A stretch of DNA of 64,000 nucleotides from Patescibacteria group bacterium (GTDB lineage: Bacteria > Patescibacteriota > Gracilibacteria > BD1-5 > UBA2023). Each line of letters begins with the position of its first letter. Position 1 is the first letter of the stretch. A program made the position numbers and the translations under genes. The notes under the pieces are model-generated. The model was given only the letters and a program-made list of their open reading frames with translations, ran no database searches and had not been told where the DNA came from. Shown in pieces: positions 1-10,878 of this stretch. The DNA is taken from NCBI GenBank assembly GCA_031539225.1, contig JAVKLJ010000003.1:11069-75068 (forward strand), read 5' to 3'.

Positions 1-252
1 GAAAAATCCTCGTTCATCGAGTATTCCCTGTTCGATAAGTGCGTCAATATTTTTTGTAGGGAGCTTTTTCTTTGGGAAAGCTTCCTTATTTTGCATATAT
101 CGAGTTCGCTTCTTATAGGAAAGATTGAAGCGAGATTGTTTATTTTCATTTCATGTATAGACAAGTGCTGACTTTTTCTTTCATTTAGAAAGCTTTCGTG
201 CAGCTGCTTGTTTTTTTACGAGTCGTGCAGAGAGTCCGTGACTGTTTGCCAT
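1..252 (-). CDS. hypothetical basic protein; the C-terminal part lies outside the window
   Basis: The minus frame is open from ATG (250-252) to position 1 if TGA=Gly (in-frame TGA at 181-183 and 151-153). It starts MANSHGLSARLVKKQAAARKLSKGKKK. No family recognised. Confidence 0.35.
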
Positions 253-295
253 GAGAAAAAAATAAAAATCAGAAAATATTCAAAATTGTATGAAA

Positions 296-374
296 TGGAG
301 CGGGGGAACGGGTTCGAACCGTCACACCCAAGGGTTGAAGCCTTAGTACACTCACTCTTTTATGTTACCCCCGC
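296..374 (-). tRNA. tRNA with anticodon UCA (reads UGA) and Gly-type identity elements
   Basis: Hand-folded cloverleaf. Acceptor stem GCGGGGG/CCCCCGC, T-arm GACGG-TTCGAAC-CCGTT, anticodon stem TAAGG/CCTTG, loop CUUCAAC (U33, anticodon UCA, A37). Discriminator U73 with G1:C72, C2:G71, G3:C70. Short variable loop and encoded CCA. The D-loop lacks an obvious GG. Confidence 0.85.
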
Positions 375-407
375 TTATACTTTTTTGAGAATGTTTTCAG
401 GAACAAG

Positions 408-481
408 TGGAGGCACCTGCCGGAGTCGAACCGGCCTCCAAAGCTTTGCAGGCTTCTGTATGACCGCTCTACCAAGGCGCC
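408..481 (-). tRNA. tRNA-Cys (GCA)
   Basis: Acceptor stem GGCGCCT/AGGTGCC, anticodon stem GAAGC/GCTTT with loop CTGCAAA, T-arm GCCGG-TTCGACT-CCGGC, discriminator U, encoded CCA. Confidence 0.9.
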
Positions 482-544
482 ACGCTCGGGCATTATAGAG
501 AAAATAGAGAAAAAGCAAGAAAAAATTATGGAAGGGAGGACTAT

Positions 545-1105
545 TTATTTTCCACAATGGAAAGTCGAGAAGAGTTCCTTATACTTGGCTGGATCCTTAT
601 CGAGACCGAGGGTTATATGGAGAACAAATACTTTTGTTCCGCAAACTTTCGCAGTCTGGAGGAATTTCATTCTCTGGCTCGTTGTATTATATCGAGCTTC
701 GAATATATATACTCGAGAAGTATCACTATCATTAAAAGAAATGACATCATCTTGAAGTTTTGTATATTCGAGATAGTTTTTCGTTGTTTGAATATTATTC
801 TTTTCACTATATGAGAGAGAAGTAACGGGAATATCAAGACTATCTTGCATAACAAGCATATTTTGAGAAAAACCATATTTTATCTCAGGTGAAACTCGAG
901 CGAATACAATCATTCCACGATATGGGTGTGGAAGATCTGTATTTTTAACCTCATTCCATGTTGTAGGATAGGAAATACTAAAACCAGTACCAACATACTG
1001 TGAAGATCCATCTACTTTTATTTCAACTTGAGTCCCTGGAAGACTACATGAAACAAGAGCAAACAGAGAGCCGAGAATAAGAAAGGAAAATCGTGAAATT
1101 GTCAT
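545..1105 (-). CDS. putative lipoprotein
   Basis: Complete 186-aa ORF with no TGA. The N-terminus MTISRFSFLILGSLFALVSC is a signal peptide with a lipobox-like LVSC. TAA stop. Confidence 0.7.
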   Translation of the reverse strand: MTISRFSFLILGSLFALVSCSLPGTQVEIKVDGSSQYVGTGFSISYPTTWNEVKNTDLPHPYRGMIVFARVSPEIKYGFSQNMLVMQDSLDIPVTSLSYSEKNNIQTTKNYLEYTKLQDDVISFNDSDTSRVYIFEARYNTTSQRMKFLQTAKVCGTKVFVLHITLGLDKDPAKYKELFSTFHCGK

Positions 1106-1106
1106 A

Positions 1107-1487
1107 CTAAAATATTTTTGAAATATGGGGAATAAGGAACAAAAGTCCTAGGATAGAGAAAACGCCCAGAAGAATATATTGAAAGAGTTTTTTCTGGAGA
1201 GAATACAGAGTCATATAATACTGGCACAAAGAGAATCAGAACCACAAAGAAACAATCACAAAAATGGAATACATATGAAATGTGATCTGACTCATCATTT
1301 CACGAGAAAGCCAAGAGAGATAAAATCACCCAATAGTCGCGAGAAAGAAAGTAAAATAAAGAGAAGCTGTAAGTGCAAATATTCTCTTGGCTACACCGAG
1401 TTCAATATATGCAAGCTCGTCAGGATTCTTATGTATTCTCTCATGAATGTCCTTGATTTTCATCATATATTTATATAATACCGGCAT
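1107..1487 (-). CDS. small integral membrane protein
   Basis: Track fragment 1326-1526 continues through TGA (1326-1328, 1236-1238) to TAG at 1107-1109, just upstream of the lipoprotein ATG. It has hydrophobic segments. Start uncertain (ATG at 1485-1487 or 1464-1466). Confidence 0.5.
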
Positions 1488-1500
1488 ATTATATAAAAAA

Positions 1501-1779
1501 ATGTCACTCACACAAGCACAAATCAAACATTTAAAAAAACTCTCTGCCCTTAGTGGTGAGGCTTCTCTTGAAATCTCGAGTGTTCTTGATTCTTTCTCAC
1601 TCCTCGAAAAAGCTCAAACTCAAAATACAAATAAAGCCGAACGAAGTGGGAACAATACTCTCATTCTCAGAGAGGATATATCAAAGGATTCATGAATACA
1701 AAATGCACTTCTGGATGCTAGTCCTCAGAAAATAATGGCAAATCAAATAGTTCTCGCTGGAATCATGACAGGAGAATAG
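1501..1779 (+). CDS. gatC: Asp/Glu-tRNA amidotransferase subunit C
   Basis: MSLTQAQIKHLKKLSALSG...LREDISKDSGIQNALLDASPQKIMANQIVLAGIMTGE, the GatC pattern. One in-frame TGA (1693-1695). TAG stop at 1777-1779. Confidence 0.8.
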
Positions 1780-1809
1780 TTTTCATATACCATAATTCTC
1801 CTCTACCCC

Positions 1810-2835
1810 ATGCTTACGCGATTATCGATCAAAAACTTTCGCTCATGTCCAGCATGGGATTTTTCTTTTTGAAAAAATACGCTCGCATTTGGTCCAAATG
1901 GATCATGAAAAACACATATCCTGGAATGAATTCATATTCTCGCTGGATGAAGTTCTGTGTATGGAAATATACCAATTGATGCAGGAACGCATATAGAATG
2001 ATATTTTAGTGAAAATGATCTCACACAAAAATATACACTCCATAAAGAAGAAACGAAAGAATCCTGGAGCATCAACGGAAGGGTTGGGACAAAAAGCAAG
2101 TATATGGAAAATCTCCCCTTTCGAACCGTTCTCATATCACCATTTGATATGAATCTTCTCTATTTTGAACCAAGTATCAGAAGATGAAGTATGGATAGTA
2201 TTTTAGAAAGATCATTTGCACAATTTCGAAAAATAAAACGAGACTATGAGCTCACGATGAAGCATAGAAATGCTCTTCTCAAAAAAGTACGAGAAGGATT
2301 TGCCAATAAGACAGATATAGACTACTGGGATAAGAAAGTCGGGGAACTCGGTCATATTTATCTCCTCTATCGTGATAAATACAGTGAATTTATCCAAGAA
2401 AATATATGAAATGCCACGGTTCTAGGAACAAAATATGCCATATTTTTTGAATATAAATGAAGCTGTATAGGATATGAAAATCGAGAAGAATGAATAACAC
2501 AATATCTGAAAATAAATAGAGAACGGGATATACTCACGGGACATACCCATATATGACCACATAGAGATGATTTTACATTTTCTATAAAAAATAAAACAGG
2601 AATATACGATGCAGCATCTTTTCTCTCTCGTGGTGAAATGAAAATGCTCCTCCTCGGACTCAAGACACTTGAAGTACAGTTTCTCGAAAAATATACCAAT
2701 ATACCTGTACTTTTACTTATAGATGATATATTTGCTGAACTCGATGAAAAAAATTCTTTTCAATTCATAAATTCTCTTAAAACATATCAAACTATTTTGA
2801 CAAGTCAAAAACCGCATGAAAACAGTGAAAACTGA
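1810..2835 (+). CDS. recF: DNA replication and repair protein RecF
   Basis: N-terminus MLTRLSIKNFRS. Walker A GPNGSGKT, whose last Gly is TGA at 1906-1908. Signature LSRGEMKML and Walker B LLLIDDIFAELD. Track fragments 2191-2409 and 2638-2835 are in the same frame. Confidence 0.85.
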
Positions 2836-2914
2836 GCGGATTTTATTTGCATAAATCTTGAAGATATATAGAATACGCGGGTCAAAATATTATTTCAATT
2901 CATACATTCTTTCT

Positions 2915-4558
2915 ATGAAAAAAATGCTTCTCGGGTGTATCACCCTTCTCGTATCATGTTTTATTGTGCCAGATCTCGCAGTTGCGGCAAGCGGAGCAAC
3001 AGTTACTGGATTTGAGATAACTGCGCCTACTACAGCGGTCGTCAATGAGGCTATCGATATCACTGTTCGAGCAGTAGATAAAGATAAAAAAACTGTAACA
3101 AATTATCGTGGATCTATTATTTTTGATTCTGACAATTTTTGAGATACTATACCAAGTCCAGGAAAAGCTATTGCATTCACTGCTGAAAATAATGGCGAAA
3201 TTAAGTTCAGTAAAGGTATTACTTTTAAATCTGCTGGAAAACAAAAGGTCTATGTATATGATGTAGCAGATGATAATCTCACAGGAGAAGCGGTCGTTCA
3301 AGTAGACGGCAAGGGTGGAACTTCGAGTGGAACCACTGAAACAGTGACAATTATCACGCCTGAAAACAATACACAAATTAGTGGTGACAGTATTGTCATC
3401 AGTGGAAAAGCTCGTAAGAATAGTAAAGTATCCCTTACTTTAAATGGAAAAGATATAGGAACAGTTTCATCAGATGAGTCAGGGATATTTACAAAAAATA
3501 TTTCTGGAATTACTCAAGATAAAAATATACTCGTTGCAAACTTGATTGATGCTGATGGAAAGACGATTGGCACATCTTCGAGTATAAATTTTAGTAAATC
3601 CGCGAAAACAACAGGATTCTATAATATGACTATCACTCCTGGAACGACTGTAGAAGCAGGAAGTGAGATTACTCTTACTGTAGAATCTGATCCAGCAATG
3701 AAGAGTGTCATGATCCTTATGGATAATACTCTCCTTGAGGCCAAAGAATGAGATGCAGGAAAATATACAATAAAAACTATTGCCCCAGCAGGAAGTGGAA
3801 CATATAATCTCGATGTAACTATAACGGACCCAACTGGACAAATAACAAAAAAAGAGAAGGCAGCAGTTCTGACAGTTACAGCAAAAGCTCCTATTGCTCA
3901 GCCAAGTTTTAAAAATGTAAAAGTGGAAAGTCAGGATCAGAAGATACTATTTACTTTTTCAGTAGAAAATGCACCAGTTGAACTCGATAAATTCAAGATT
4001 ATCTACGGGGAAAATGAACAAACAATGACAGGAGAAGCTATGACATATAGCACAGGTAAGATACAAAAACCTGATGGAAACTATTCATGGTATATAAGTA
4101 ACCTTGCACCAAAAACATACTTCTTTAAAATACTCGGAGTAAAAGCAGACGGGACATGAATCGATAAAATGGCATCAGAATCAGTAAGTGCAATGGTAGG
4201 TAAGACAACATGTACAATAGGAAATGTGGGAAACTTGCTTGTAGAAAAAAATGATGGTAAAAGTATCATAAGTTGGATGAGTGTCACTGGTGCAATATCA
4301 TATAATGTATACAAGGCTTCCCCAACTGGTGAATACGCTCTGTTTCAAAATACAAAAGAACCACGACTTGAGATACTTATAGCAAGTGGTGCACTAAAGA
4401 ATGAGGACTTTGTAGTGAAAGGACTCTGTGATGAAACAACTCTCTCCGCTGACTATAGCAAAGCTTCTCGAGTACAAACTGGACCGTGAATGATTGCAAT
4501 TCTTGTTATTATTTCAGGAGTAATGTCTGTAATGATTCTTCGAAGACGCGTTCGTTAA
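2915..4558 (+). CDS. exported cell-surface protein with Ig/FN3-like beta repeats and a C-terminal membrane anchor
   Basis: Four same-frame track fragments (2858-3142, 3344-3751, 3923-4159, 4169-4489) are joined by TGA. Signal peptide MKKMLLGCITLLVSCFIVPDLAVAASG. The C-terminus is VQTGPG followed by a hydrophobic helix and RRRVR. Confidence 0.7.
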
Positions 4559-4578
4559 TATTTTCATTATCTTTTCTT

Positions 4579-4606
4579 TTGACAAGTTCCATCTTTTTTA
4601 TACAAT
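4579..4606 (+). promoter_or_regulatory. sigma70-type promoter candidate for rpsT
   Basis: TTGACA (4579-4584), 16-nt spacer, TACAAT (4601-4606), about 50 nt upstream of the rpsT ATG. Confidence 0.5.
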
Positions 4607-4657
4607 ACGCCTACTTTTCCCTGTGAAAAAGAATTTTATATTGAAAAATTTTTCCCT

Positions 4658-4930
4658 ATGCCGAACACAAAATCAGCTAAAAAAGCTCTCAAAGTAAGTG
4701 AAAAAAAACGATCTCGAAATAGACACTTTCTTGCTCTTTTGAAAGAAAGCGTAAAGTCTTTCGAAGCGACACTCTCAAGTGAGAAAAAAGATGTAAAGAA
4801 GGTATCAGAAGCATTAAGCCTTGTCTACTCTCGTATTGATACTCTTGAGAAGAAAAATGTTATTCATAAAAATAACGCAGCTCGAAAGAAAAGTTCATTT
4901 GCCAAGCTCGCAAAATCAGTAACAGTCTAA
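4658..4930 (+). CDS. rpsT: 30S ribosomal protein S20
   Basis: MPNTKSAKKALKVSEKKRSRNRHF... Complete ORF with no TGA. Confidence 0.9.
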   Translation: MPNTKSAKKALKVSEKKRSRNRHFLALLKESVKSFEATLSSEKKDVKKVSEALSLVYSRIDTLEKKNVIHKNNAARKKSSFAKLAKSVTV

Positions 4931-4938
4931 TCACGCCA

Positions 4939-5478
4939 ATGCAAAAAAAAGGGTTTCAAAACAAAAAAAATGACAAGAGGATTAATGACTCTATCATTGC
5001 TCGCGAACTCATGGTGATATCTGAAACTGGGGAATCTCTCGGAAAGATGTCTCGTGACCAAGCACTTTCTCTCGCTGGAGAAAAAGATTTGGACCTCGTA
5101 GAGGTAGGCATGCAAGAGGGTATTCCTCTTACCAAAATAGTGGACTATGGAAAGTTTGTTTTTAAACAACAAAAACAAGCCTCTCAAAATAAAAGTCACC
5201 AGAAAAAGACGGAGCTAAAAACGATGAAACTTACCTACAAAATAGGTGATCATGATCTCGATGTACGAAAGTCTCAAGCTGAAAGGTGGGCAAAAGAATG
5301 AAATCCGATGAAAATCATGCTCCAACTCAGAGGTCGCGAAAATCAATACGAAGACCTTGCGTTGGGAAGAATAGAAGAATTTATCGCTTCATTGGATGGT
5401 ATCTATAAAAAAGATACAAATGGAAAAGTTCTCAAACAATGAAATACTTTCAATATCATCCTCTATCCAAAAAAATAA
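4939..5478 (+). CDS. infC: translation initiation factor IF-3
   Basis: RINDSIIARELMVISETGESLG...DLDLVEV...KIVDYGKF, then the C-domain KIMLQLRGRENQY after TGA at 5299-5301. TAA stop at 5476-5478. Confidence 0.9.
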
Positions 5479-5509
5479 TCCAAATAATTTCTAACATTTA
5501 ATTCTTATC

Positions 5510-5707
5510 ATGAAACTCAAAACTCACTCTGGCGCTAAAAAACGCGTAAAAATCACTGGAACAGGAAAATATATCGTCGATAAGACTGCTAAAAGACACC
5601 TCCTCAAAGACAAATCAACAAAAGCAAAAGGTCGTGATAAATATGGTCATGTTCTTCATGATACAAATACTCTTGAAGCACGACTCTCACTTCCATATGG
5701 AAGATAA
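5510..5707 (+). CDS. rpmI: 50S ribosomal protein L35
   Basis: MKLKTHSGAKKRVKITGTGK... Complete ORF. Confidence 0.95.
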   Translation: MKLKTHSGAKKRVKITGTGKYIVDKTAKRHLLKDKSTKAKGRDKYGHVLHDTNTLEARLSLPYGR

Positions 5708-5756
5708 TACTATTTAGAAAATTGATTTTCCTTTAATTTTATAACTCTCTCAAATT

Positions 5757-6101
5757 ATGACTCGAGTAAAACGCGGTGTAATGACCCATAAAAGACATAA
5801 GAATATCCTCGCTCTTGCAAAGGGATATCGTCGAATGAACGGGAATGTCTATTCTCGTGCAAAAACAGCTATCATGAAAGCTGGATCAAATGCTTATATT
5901 GGTCGCAAACAAAAGAAAAGACAGTTCCGTCGTCTTTGGACAGTTCGTCTCAATAACGCAGCTCGTCTCAATGGTATGACTTACTCTACATTTATCCATG
6001 CTATGTATACAAAGCGTGTGGGACTCAATCGAAAGGTTCTTTCAAATCTTGCGATTACTAATCCTGATGTCTTTGCAAAAGTTGTTGAGTTTGTAAAATA
6101 A
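5757..6101 (+). CDS. rplT: 50S ribosomal protein L20
   Basis: MTRVKRGVMTHKRHKNILALAKGYRR... Completes the conserved infC-rpmI-rplT order. Confidence 0.95.
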   Translation: MTRVKRGVMTHKRHKNILALAKGYRRMNGNVYSRAKTAIMKAGSNAYIGRKQKKRQFRRLWTVRLNNAARLNGMTYSTFIHAMYTKRVGLNRKVLSNLAITNPDVFAKVVEFVK

Positions 6102-6110
6102 TCTATATAA

Positions 6111-6140
6111 TACCCCTGACTCAATCAGGGGTATTTTTTA
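6111..6140 (+). terminator. intrinsic terminator after rplT
   Basis: Stem CCCCTGA / TCAGGGG with loop CTCAA, followed by a T-run. Confidence 0.7.
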
Positions 6141-6158
6141 TTTCTATGATAGAACCTT

Positions 6159-6758
6159 ATGGCATCCTTTCTTCTCAATCTTGATACTCATCTTCTTATT
6201 TCAGCAAGAGAACTTGTATGATGAGAATATGCTTCTATAGTACAGCTTTTGGGGGAATTTATCGTTATTTGGGGAATGATAGTCCTTGTATGACTCTGGA
6301 TTTGGGGAGTTTTTCAAAAAAACGAGACGCACAAAAAAGATGCTCTACGAATATTTTTTCTTATACTACTCATATTTATCATATATAGTATAATCAATCT
6401 TGGAGTACCACAGTGGAGGGAAAGTCCACAAATAGTAGCATGAGGTATTAAACCTCTTATCCCACACCCAATCGATAATTCTTTCCCATCATGACATGCT
6501 ATATTTGGAACGACACTTTGCATGGGAATATGGATTTTTGTAAAAAATCGAATACTTCTTGTATCTAGCATAATAATTACACTTATTACGGGAATATCGC
6601 GAGTTATCTGATGAGTACACTACCCTGGAGATATCGTTGGATGAATACTTATTGCAACTATAGGATCATATTTACTCTTCCCTATTGTGCTTTCAAAAGC
6701 TTTTGAATGATATATTTATCCTTTGTGTATAAAGATTGCACGAGTATGTAAATTATAA
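6159..6758 (+). CDS. PAP2-family phosphatase (undecaprenyl-diphosphatase-like)
   Basis: Motifs NSFPSGH (the Gly is TGA at 6492-6494) and SRVIGGVHYPGDIVGG (three TGA). Multi-pass membrane protein. TAA stop at 6756-6758. Confidence 0.8.
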
Positions 6759-6759
6759 A

Positions 6760-6795
6760 AAAGAAATCTGACTATGCTCAGATTTCTTTTTTTGT
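6760..6795. terminator. bidirectional intrinsic terminator between convergent genes
   Basis: Stem AGAAATCTGA / TCAGATTTCT with loop CTATGC, an A-run upstream and a T-run downstream. Confidence 0.6.
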
Positions 6796-8079
6796 ACATT
6801 CGACCTTTTCGATAACAGTCCCATCAATACTGAGAACTCGTAAGGAAAGTGAGTGAGTTGATGAAGCGAATTGAATACGACTATTTTCTTTTGGAAATGC
6901 TTCTTTCTCTGCCATGATAATATAGGAAATAGGTTCTCATATATATTCTTCTGGGAGTTCTATATCTTCAGGTCGTATATCATATTCTTCGAGAATATCA
7001 TCAATAAGGGCCGTTCAGACTGCTTCGATTTTGCCATCTGACTTTGAAAGCATATAAATATCCTCTTTATCTTTTTCATCTTTTATATCTCCAAATACTT
7101 CTTCAAGGACATCCTCCATAGTAACCACTCCAGCAGTCCCACCATGTTCATCGAGAACAAGAGCAATATGACGACGAGATTTCTGAAATTTTTCAAAAAG
7201 ATCATCAAGCGGCTGAGTCACTGGAACCTTCATAATTTTTTCGAGATCCAACAAAGACAGTAATTTTGATCCAAGTCATTCACTCTGAAGTTTGAATGCT
7301 TCACGAAAGGTAATAACAAAATCTATATCATCAGGAGTTTCTCCATAGATAGGTATACGAGAATGTGAGGAACGCATAAAAAATGTACAAGCATCATCGA
7401 CAGTCATATCAAGAGAAAGAAATTCAACATTCACTCGAGGGGTCATGACAGACTCAGCAGTCGTATCCGGAAGGGAGAGAAGATTCTTAATCTGTCTTCG
7501 TTCATCGGCCTCTACAGCACCAGATGAGTGTGACATATCGATAAAAGCATTGAGTTCATCTTCACTTACCTGTACACCATGAAAATCAAGTTTCCCACCA
7601 GTAATCCATGATAAAATCTTTACAAAGATTTCGACAAGCCATGTCACAGGAAGAAATATCCATATCAGAATCTGATATATTGGAGCAGAAGCCAATGCTA
7701 TCTTATCGGAAAAACGAACACCAACTATTTTTGATGTTAGTTCTCATAAGAGAAGTATTGTGATAAAAGAAAATATATAGACTATCGTTGTAGAAAGCTC
7801 AGAGGAAATTTGGAAAAATTGAGTAATTTGTGGTGCAATATATTTATCAGCGACAAGCGTCGGTGCGCTCGTCACAATGAGAGTCCCTATAAGATTTGTA
7901 ATAAGGAGTCTTTCATTATTTTTTTTGAGTTTTGCAAGTGTACGGGCTCAAAATCGTTTTTGTCGAATAAAAGTTTCGAGTTTATGAGAACTCACAGACA
8001 TGAGAGGAATCTCTGTACCAGCGAAGAAAGCAAGAGCTAAAACAAGAGCAAAAAAACCAAGTAAGGGTAAGGGGTCCAC
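6772..8079 (-). CDS. CorC/HlyC-family membrane protein (DUF21 + CBS pair + CorC_HlyC domain)
   Basis: Track fragments 7015-7254 and 7276-7695 are in the same frame. N-terminal FFAGTEIPLMSVS (DUF21), CBS region, then LVLDEHGGTAGVVTMEDVLEEVFGDI. TAG stop at 6772-6774. The start is taken as GTG at 8077-8079 (uncertain). Confidence 0.8.
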
Positions 8080-8161
8080 GAGAAAGAGAATTAAAGATTA
8101 ATTTTTAATGATTATATGAAGTATCTTTATTTTTGCAAACATCTTTCACTCTTGCAGTTTT

Positions 8162-8635
8162 ATGGGTTTTTCTTACAATCATCGAAATATCTCTCTCCAT
8201 ATGGAAAAAAATATATCAGAACAAACCCAGTTAGACAAAATCCCAACAAAGAAAAAAGTTTCTATTAAAAAACTTCCAAAAAATGAAGTAGATACAGTAG
8301 AGGGATTGATCGATGCAATAGAAGCAACAGGTCTCGAAGAATTTATGGAATATATTCGCTCTCCTTGGAAAATGCTTTGGCCAAATTTTATTGCTGGTAT
8401 AGCACGGGGATTTTGAGCATTGGTTGGGGCAACTATCGTCATAGCTCTCATATGATGGACATTGTCGATTATGATAGACTTGCCTCTCATCGGAAAACAG
8501 CTTGAACCGTATGTAGAAAAGGTGCAGACAGAATTTAAAAAATATACTGAAGCAACAAACTATAAAGAAAATTTTGTTACCATGGAACAGCGGCTCACAG
8601 AAATACGAGAGGAACTCAAAAAACAAAACAAGTAA
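8162..8635 (+). CDS. small membrane protein (DUF5665-like)
   Basis: SPWKMLWPNFIAGIARGFGALVGATIVIALIGW spans TGA at 8414-8416 and 8453-8455. Alternative start ATG at 8201. TAA stop at 8633-8635. Confidence 0.5.
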
Positions 8636-8639
8636 GTAT

Positions 8640-9359
8640 TTATTTTTTTCTTATCCAATATACCCACTCCTCATTTCCTGCTTCTCATATGAGGCAGGAT
8701 TTTTCTTTTGCGAAAATAGCGCACTGTCTTTCTTTAAGGAGATTTTCAAATCAATTCATTGCCTCTAAAATACATTTTTCATCTTTTGGTACTCCTGTTT
8801 TTCGGAGGTTTATTTTTCCTACTTCAAACTGGGGCTTAAAGAGAAGAATAATCTCCGTAGTAGGATTCGCATGGATGATAATCGCATCGAGTATCTGACA
8901 AAGAGAAATAAAAGAAGCATCGCAAACGATAACATCATATGGTATTTTTTGAAAAAAATCTCGAATATCTGTCTGCTCGTAACTCTTCACTCGGCTATTG
9001 CTTCTGATTTTTTCATGGAGTTGGTCAGTCCCGACATCCACAGCATCTATATGTTTCGCTCATTGCTCAAGGAGTACCTCGGTAAAACCGCCTGTAGAAC
9101 TCCCAACATCGAGACAATTCATTCATTGTACTGCTATTTCCTGATGATGCGCGAGGAAACCATGAAGCTTCATGGCACTTCGAGAGACCCAGTGTACTCG
9201 CTTATCTTCTGCGAGGGTTACAGAATTTCCTTCAGAGACATCTTGAGATACTTTTGTGCAAGAATCCCCATCAATAAAAACCAATCAAGCTTCGATAAGT
9301 TGTTTGGCTCTATTTCTGGATACATTATGATGCATGGAAAGATAACTATCAAGACGCAT
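8640..9359 (-). CDS. tlyA: TlyA-family rRNA 2'-O-methyltransferase (S4 + FtsJ domains)
   Basis: MRLDSYLSMHHNVSRNRAKQLIEAGLVFIDG, then [33 protein letters not shown]. TAA stop at 8640-8642. Confidence 0.85.
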
Positions 9360-9360
9360 A

Positions 9361-9873
9361 TTAGCCTTTATTCAACCAATCATGGATACTCGTTTCAACT
9401 TTTGGACAAATCTCTTTTTCAAGAAACTGGATTTCTGTATCCTGAAATTTTGACAACACCCAGTCACTCACACTATAGACTGGATTTCGTCCAATACCGA
9501 TTTTTAGACGAGCAAACTCGTTGGTACCGAGCTTTTCTATGATATCTCTGAGCCCATTTTGTCCACCATGATTTCATGATGCACGAAAACGAATCTTGCC
9601 AAATTCCATATCAATATCGTCAGAAATCACGAGAATATCATTTTTTGGATCGAGTTTATAAAAATGTACAATACTCGCAACACTCTCGCCTGAGAGATTC
9701 ATAAATGTTTGTGGCTTTACTCCGAGAATATCACCTTTTTTTGAAATATACGCCTTAAATTTTTTTTCTTCTTTAAATGTATCAAATATATGGTCAAGGA
9801 TGAAAAAGCCGGCATTATGGCGAGTGTTTTCATACTGCAATCCTGGATTTCCGAGTCAGATAATGAGTTTCAA
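9361..9873 (-). CDS. pth: peptidyl-tRNA hydrolase
   Basis: TTG start, then [23 protein letters not shown] (the Gly of IGLGNPG is TGA). C-terminal [12 protein letters not shown]. The TAA stop at 9361-9363 abuts the tlyA ATG. Confidence 0.9.
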
Positions 9874-9985
9874 GGGAGAGAGAAATATCGAATAAAGAAA
9901 TTATATGTATGATTGTATGATTTTTTGCAAAAAAGAAAAATATATGATAGGCTTTATTGGTAATCTATTTTCTATCTATTGGTTT

Positions 9986-10813
9986 ATGCGAAAAATACTC
10001 TCCTATAGCGTGATTGCTATCCTCGCGATGCACATCACTGTGAGCTTCTGAAATGCTGAAGAAAACATCGATCTCAATTCTGCGCCCATCGAACAAGTAG
10101 CTCCTATATCTGATGGAAACGGTGGTACATATAGTACTTGGGAACTCATGCATCGGACATTTATGCTCGATGGATTTACATGGACAGGTGTCGTCGCTGA
10201 ATATATTACTCCACATATGTGGACAGGAATATCAGATATCCTTAGTATAGACAATGGGGCAATATACCCTCTCGAACCAACAAACTATACTGAGTGTGTA
10301 CAATTCGAGATGAACGCTTCATTTGGAAGTGATGGCTCTATGATAGAATCAACACCAACTGCCGAGCTCAAAAACCTCGCAAAATACTGTGCAACAGAAT
10401 TCTATGGTGACTACTTTAGTGGGAAAAAGTATACAACTCGTGAAGAGATGACTATGTTCCTCCTCACAGCTCTCGGGGAAAATGTCAGCCTCGAAGGTGA
10501 ATTTGTAGATGGAGCATTTGTCACAAATGGAACTGAAACAGAAACTCCATTTAACAATGTCGTCAAAACTGCATGGTATGCGCCATTCCTCGCTCGTGGA
10601 ACTGAGGTAGACCTCCTCGCATCGACTCCACCTCGTTGGAATACTGCCCGAGAAGTATCAGATACTGATATTATGAGCATGCTTCAAGGATACTTTGGGA
10701 CAGATGAAAGTGATATAAATAATCTTGTAAAGGCATTGATTTCTACTAACTGAGTATTACTCAATGCACCAACTCCTATTGAGAGTACAAATACTGGGGT
10801 AATTACACAATAG
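9986..10813 (+). CDS. secreted protein with an SLH-like segment
   Basis: Signal-like MRKILSYSVIAILAMHITVSFGNA. Contains KYTTREEMTMFLLTALG. Track ORF 10148-10753 is extended on both sides through TGA. TAG stop at 10811-10813. Confidence 0.55.
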
Positions 10814-10878
10814 AAATAATTCTATATATATTTCTTTCATAATTTTTCGATCTACTCATTCAGATATAAATTTTCCCT

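Noticed and set aside
296-374. The UCA tRNA as tRNA-Sec, or as a Trp-inserting tRNA (table 4).
   Set aside because: It is of normal length (79 nt) with a short variable loop, so it is not Sec-like. Its acceptor and discriminator elements are Gly-type. TGA aligns with Gly rather than Trp in every conserved motif checked, and TGG is still used for Trp.
8871-9542. The 223-aa plus-strand ORF, the longest standard-code ORF in this area.
   Set aside because: It is antisense to the well-supported tlyA and pth genes. It has no recognisable motifs and is a shadow ORF created because the true genes are broken by TGA.
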